This document shows, piece by piece, positions 61,785-64,000 of a stretch of 64,000 nt of DNA (position 1 is the stretch's first letter; the number at the start of each line of letters is the position of its first letter). A model generated the notes under the pieces. The model made no database searches and was not told the DNA's origin. It saw only the letters and a list, made by a program, of their open reading frames with translations. This DNA comes from an uncultured Trueperaceae bacterium. Its GTDB lineage: Bacteria; Deinococcota; Deinococci; Deinococcales; Trueperaceae. The position numbers were made by a program, and so were the translations under genes. The DNA lies in assembly GCA_963727505.1 (NCBI GenBank), contig CAVSGP010000002.1:173184-237183 (forward strand). The letters run 5' to 3'.

Positions 61785-63311
61785 TCAGGTGACACGGGCC
61801 GAGAACGTCGGGCGCCGCCGCACCTGCGTCGCCTGCTCGAAGGCGTGCGCGAAGCCGATCAGCCGCCCCTCGGCGTAGGCGCCGGCGAAGAACGAGAGCC
61901 CCACGGGCAGCCCGTGGACGTGGCCCGCGGGGAGCGTCACGTGCGGATAGCCCGCCATGGCCGCGGGCGTGGCGCAGCCTCCGAGCCGCTTGTCGCCGTC
62001 GATGGGATCGATGGTCCAGGCGGGCACCATGGTGGGCGCCACGAGGGCGTCGAGCCGGTGCGCGGCGAGGGCACGGTCGATGCCTTCGTCGCGTGCCAGG
62101 CGGTGGCAGGTCTCGCGCACCTCGCGGTAGCGCGCTTCGTCGACCACGCCGTCGGTGAGCGCCCGCTCGAGCAGCTCCTGCCCGAAGTAGGGCAGCACGG
62201 CATCAGCATGCAGCCGGTTGAAGGCCACCACCTCCTCCAGGCTCCGGACCTTCGCGCGGGGGTGCTCGGCCAGGTAGGCGTCCACGCCGGCCTTGATCTC
62301 GATCAACATCAACTCGAGCTCGGGCGCCTCGTTCATGCGCTCGCGGCCCAGCTCGACCGGGTCGACGATCTCGGCGCCCAGCGCGCGCAACGTGCCCAGC
62401 GCCGCCTCCACGACGGCGTCGGCACCCTCGTGCCGGCCGAAGCAGTCGCGCGCCACGCCCAGACGCGCCCCCTCGAGCGCGCGGGGATCGAGGAACTGCA
62501 TGTAGTCCAGCATCGGCGCCTGCGCGGTCGCCTCGTCGCGCGGGTCGGGACCGGCGATGGCCGTGAGCAGGGCGGCGGCGTCCGCGACCGTGCGCGCCAT
62601 CGGCCCGGCGGTGTCCTGCGAGGCGGCGACCGGGATGATGCCGGCGCGGCTCACCAGCCCGACGGTGGGTTTGATGCCCACCACGCCGTTGGCCGAGGAG
62701 GGGCTCACGATGGAGCCGTCGGTCTCGGTGCCGATGGCGCCGGCGCACAGGCTGGCGGCAACCGCCACCCCCGAGCCGGAGCTCGAGCCGCTCGGCGTGC
62801 GGTCGAGCGAATAGGGGTTGCGCGTCTGCCCTCCGCGGCTGCTCCAGCCGCTGCAACCGCGCGTCGAGCGGAAGTAGGCCCACTCGCTCAGGTTGGTCTT
62901 GCCCAGCACCACGGCGCCCGCGGTGCGCAGACGCTCGACCACGCCGGCGTCGCGCGGCGCGATGTTGCCCGCAAGCGCCAGCGAGCCGGCCGTCGTCTGC
63001 ATGCGGTCGCCGGTATCGATGTTGTCCTTGACCATCACGGGCACGCCGTGCAGCGGCCCGCGCGGGCCTCGCTCGCGGCGCTCGCGGTCGAGCTCGGCGG
63101 CCGTCTGAAGCGCGTCCGGGTTGATCTCGATGACGGCGTTCAGCTCCGGCCCGCTGGCATCGATCGCGGCGATCCTCTCCAGGTAACCGCGCGCGATCTC
63201 CAGCGCGCTGGTCTCCCCCGAGGCCATGGCCGCCTGCAGCTCGGCGATCCCCTTGTCCTGGTCCTCCACGTTCGGTTCCTCCACCTCGGCGGTCCCCACC
63301 GCCGCGCTCAC
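61785..63311 (-). CDS. Amidase-signature (AS) family amidase
   Basis: GVPVMVKDNIDT ... GGSSSGSGVAVAA-type Ser-cisSer-Lys signature (TPSGSSSGSGVAVAASLCAGAIGTETDGSI). Confidence 0.85.
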   Translation of the reverse strand: MSAAVGTAEVEEPNVEDQDKGIAELQAAMASGETSALEIARGYLERIAAIDASGPELNAVIEINPDALQTAAELDRERRERGPRGPLHGVPVMVKDNIDTGDRMQTTAGSLALAGNIAPRDAGVVERLRTAGAVVLGKTNLSEWAYFRSTRGCSGWSSRGGQTRNPYSLDRTPSGSSSGSGVAVAASLCAGAIGTETDGSIVSPSSANGVVGIKPTVGLVSRAGIIPVAASQDTAGPMARTVADAAALLTAIAGPDPRDEATAQAPMLDYMQFLDPRALEGARLGVARDCFGRHEGADAVVEAALGTLRALGAEIVDPVELGRERMNEAPELELMLIEIKAGVDAYLAEHPRAKVRSLEEVVAFNRLHADAVLPYFGQELLERALTDGVVDEARYREVRETCHRLARDEGIDRALAAHRLDALVAPTMVPAWTIDPIDGDKRLGGCATPAAMAGYPHVTLPAGHVHGLPVGLSFFAGAYAEGRLIGFAHAFEQATQVRRRPTFSARVT

Positions 63312-63429
63312 GGCGTTCGTTCAGCGTATGCAAGCGTACCCCGTGGCCCGACCCCGGCGTCGCCCGCGCGGCACCTGCTCACGGCGAGAACGCGAAGCGG
63401 AAGCCTGAACAGGCGCACGGCTGTCGTGG

Positions 63430-63438
63430 TGCTAGAAT
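63430..63438 (+). promoter_or_regulatory. Candidate extended -10 promoter element
   Basis: TGcTAGAAT lies about 48 nt upstream of GTG 63486. Confidence 0.4.
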
Positions 63439-63485
63439 CGCGCCCACAGAAGTCGTGGGCAACGAGCTGTTGGGGGTTGGTCTAG

Positions 63486-63521
63486 GTGGAACCATCCGTG
63501 GAACCATCCCTGGAACCATCC
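63486..63521. repeat. 12-bp tandem repeat x3 at the start of the XRE-type gene
   Basis: gtggaaccatcc twice, then ctggaaccatcc. Encodes VEPS VEPS LEPS. Confidence 0.9.
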
Positions 63522-64000
63522 CAGGAGGAGGCCCTGTTCGGGCGTCGGCTGAAGAGCCGGCGGACGGTCCTGGGGCTGACCCAGGAGGAGCTGGCCCGAC
63601 GCGCGGGCGGTTCCACGGCGACGGTGCGCATGCTCGAGGCGGAGGAACACCGGCCCTCGCCCGAAGCAGCGAGGGCGCTGGCCGAGGTCCTGGGCGTCCC
63701 CGCCGGGGAACGGCGCGCCCGCGAGCGGCCGGACGCGGCTCCGAACGGGACGCTCGAGCGCCACGGCGCCTGGCGTCTGCGGCTCCTGGGGGAGACGGCC
63801 GAGCTGACAGGACCATCGACGCGCTGGCGGCCACCCAGGACCGCCGCGCTCATCCTCGCGTTCCTGGCCCTGGAAGGGGCCACGCCTCCGGGCGTGCCCC
63901 TTCCCACGTCTCGCTCCCTTCGACCTCTGCGCGACCCATCCTCCGCGCAACCCATCCTCCCCGCAACCCGGCCACCCCCCGGTCAGGCGTCGTCGGGGAG
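63486..64000 (+). CDS. XRE-family HTH domain fused to a SARP/BTAD-type regulator N-terminus (3' end outside the window). Not in the ORF track
   Basis: My own translation gives VEPSVEPSLEPSQEEALFGRRLKSRRTVLGLTQEELARRAGGSTATVRMLEAEEHRPSPEAARALAEVLGVP (a Cro/C1-type HTH), then WRLRLLGETAELTG ... RTAALILAFLALEG (SARP-like winged-helix start). The frame after about 63890 is uncertain. Confidence 0.6.
   Translation, partial: MEPSVEPSLEPSQEEALFGRRLKSRRTVLGLTQEELARRAGGSTATVRMLEAEEHRPSPEAARALAEVLGVPAGERRARERPDAAPNGTLERHGAWRLRLLGETAELTGPSTRWRPPRTAALILAFLALEGATPPGVPLPTSRSLRPLRDPSSAQPILPATRPPPGQASSG
63929..63960. repeat. 16-bp tandem duplication (one mismatch)
   Basis: gcgcgacccatcctcc then gcgcaacccatcctcc, followed by a partial third copy ccgcaacccgg. 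Confidence 0.85.

Noticed and set aside
61446-63485. A 679-aa plus-strand ORF
   Set aside because: It is antisense to the amidase-signature gene and has no motifs.
63432-63955. Minus-strand ORFs 63432..63950 and 63482..63955
   Set aside because: The plus strand encodes a textbook XRE HTH in this interval. The minus-strand translations are low complexity.
1-64000. Mobile elements, prophage genes, tRNA/rRNA genes and toxin-antitoxin pairs
   Set aside because: I looked for integrase, transposase and phage-like sequences, tRNA T-loop signatures and small paired ORFs, and found none I could support.

Overview
High-GC (about two-thirds G+C by eye) bacterial chromosomal segment. The gene content, including an SlpA-type S-layer gene (SLH domain, coiled coil, beta-barrel), ThyX, and many promoters sitting directly on start codons, suggests the Deinococcus-Thermus lineage; I cannot verify this without a database. 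I support about 58 protein-coding genes. Housekeeping genes include the uvrD 3' end, minDE, hpf, thyX, rlmH, rodA, trpF, ppx, yraN, rsfS, yqeK, obg, rpmA, rplU, fbaB and a sigma-70 family factor. There are also envelope and transport genes and several secreted or membrane proteins of unknown function. I found no rRNA, tRNA, CRISPR array, transposase or integrase. In this GC range all six frames stay open, so many long ORFs in the track are artefacts. I chose frames by recognisable protein motifs, start/stop coupling and ribosome-binding sites read by eye, so start codons are approximate. The observations most worth a second look are: (1) five DnaA-box 9-mers, two of them perfect, in one 302-bp intergenic gap that does not look like oriC. 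(2) Two paralogous, mirror-oriented RND efflux cassettes, each with two different translationally coupled TolC-like genes. (3) The adaptor gene of one cassette is broken by two 1-nt frame shifts. (4) More than 12 short tandem duplications, with units of 3n length inside genes and non-3n units between genes, several copying a gene's 3' end including its stop codon. (5) A small motif-bearing ORF right after the sigma factor gene, cut off from its ATG by a perfect 17-bp duplication. (6) A promoter plus intrinsic-terminator pair upstream of fbaB, which could be an sRNA or an attenuator. (7) A recurrent TG-n-TAnnnT extended -10 element and leaderless-type gene starts. I did not find a clearly new multi-gene system such as a defence or biosynthetic cluster.
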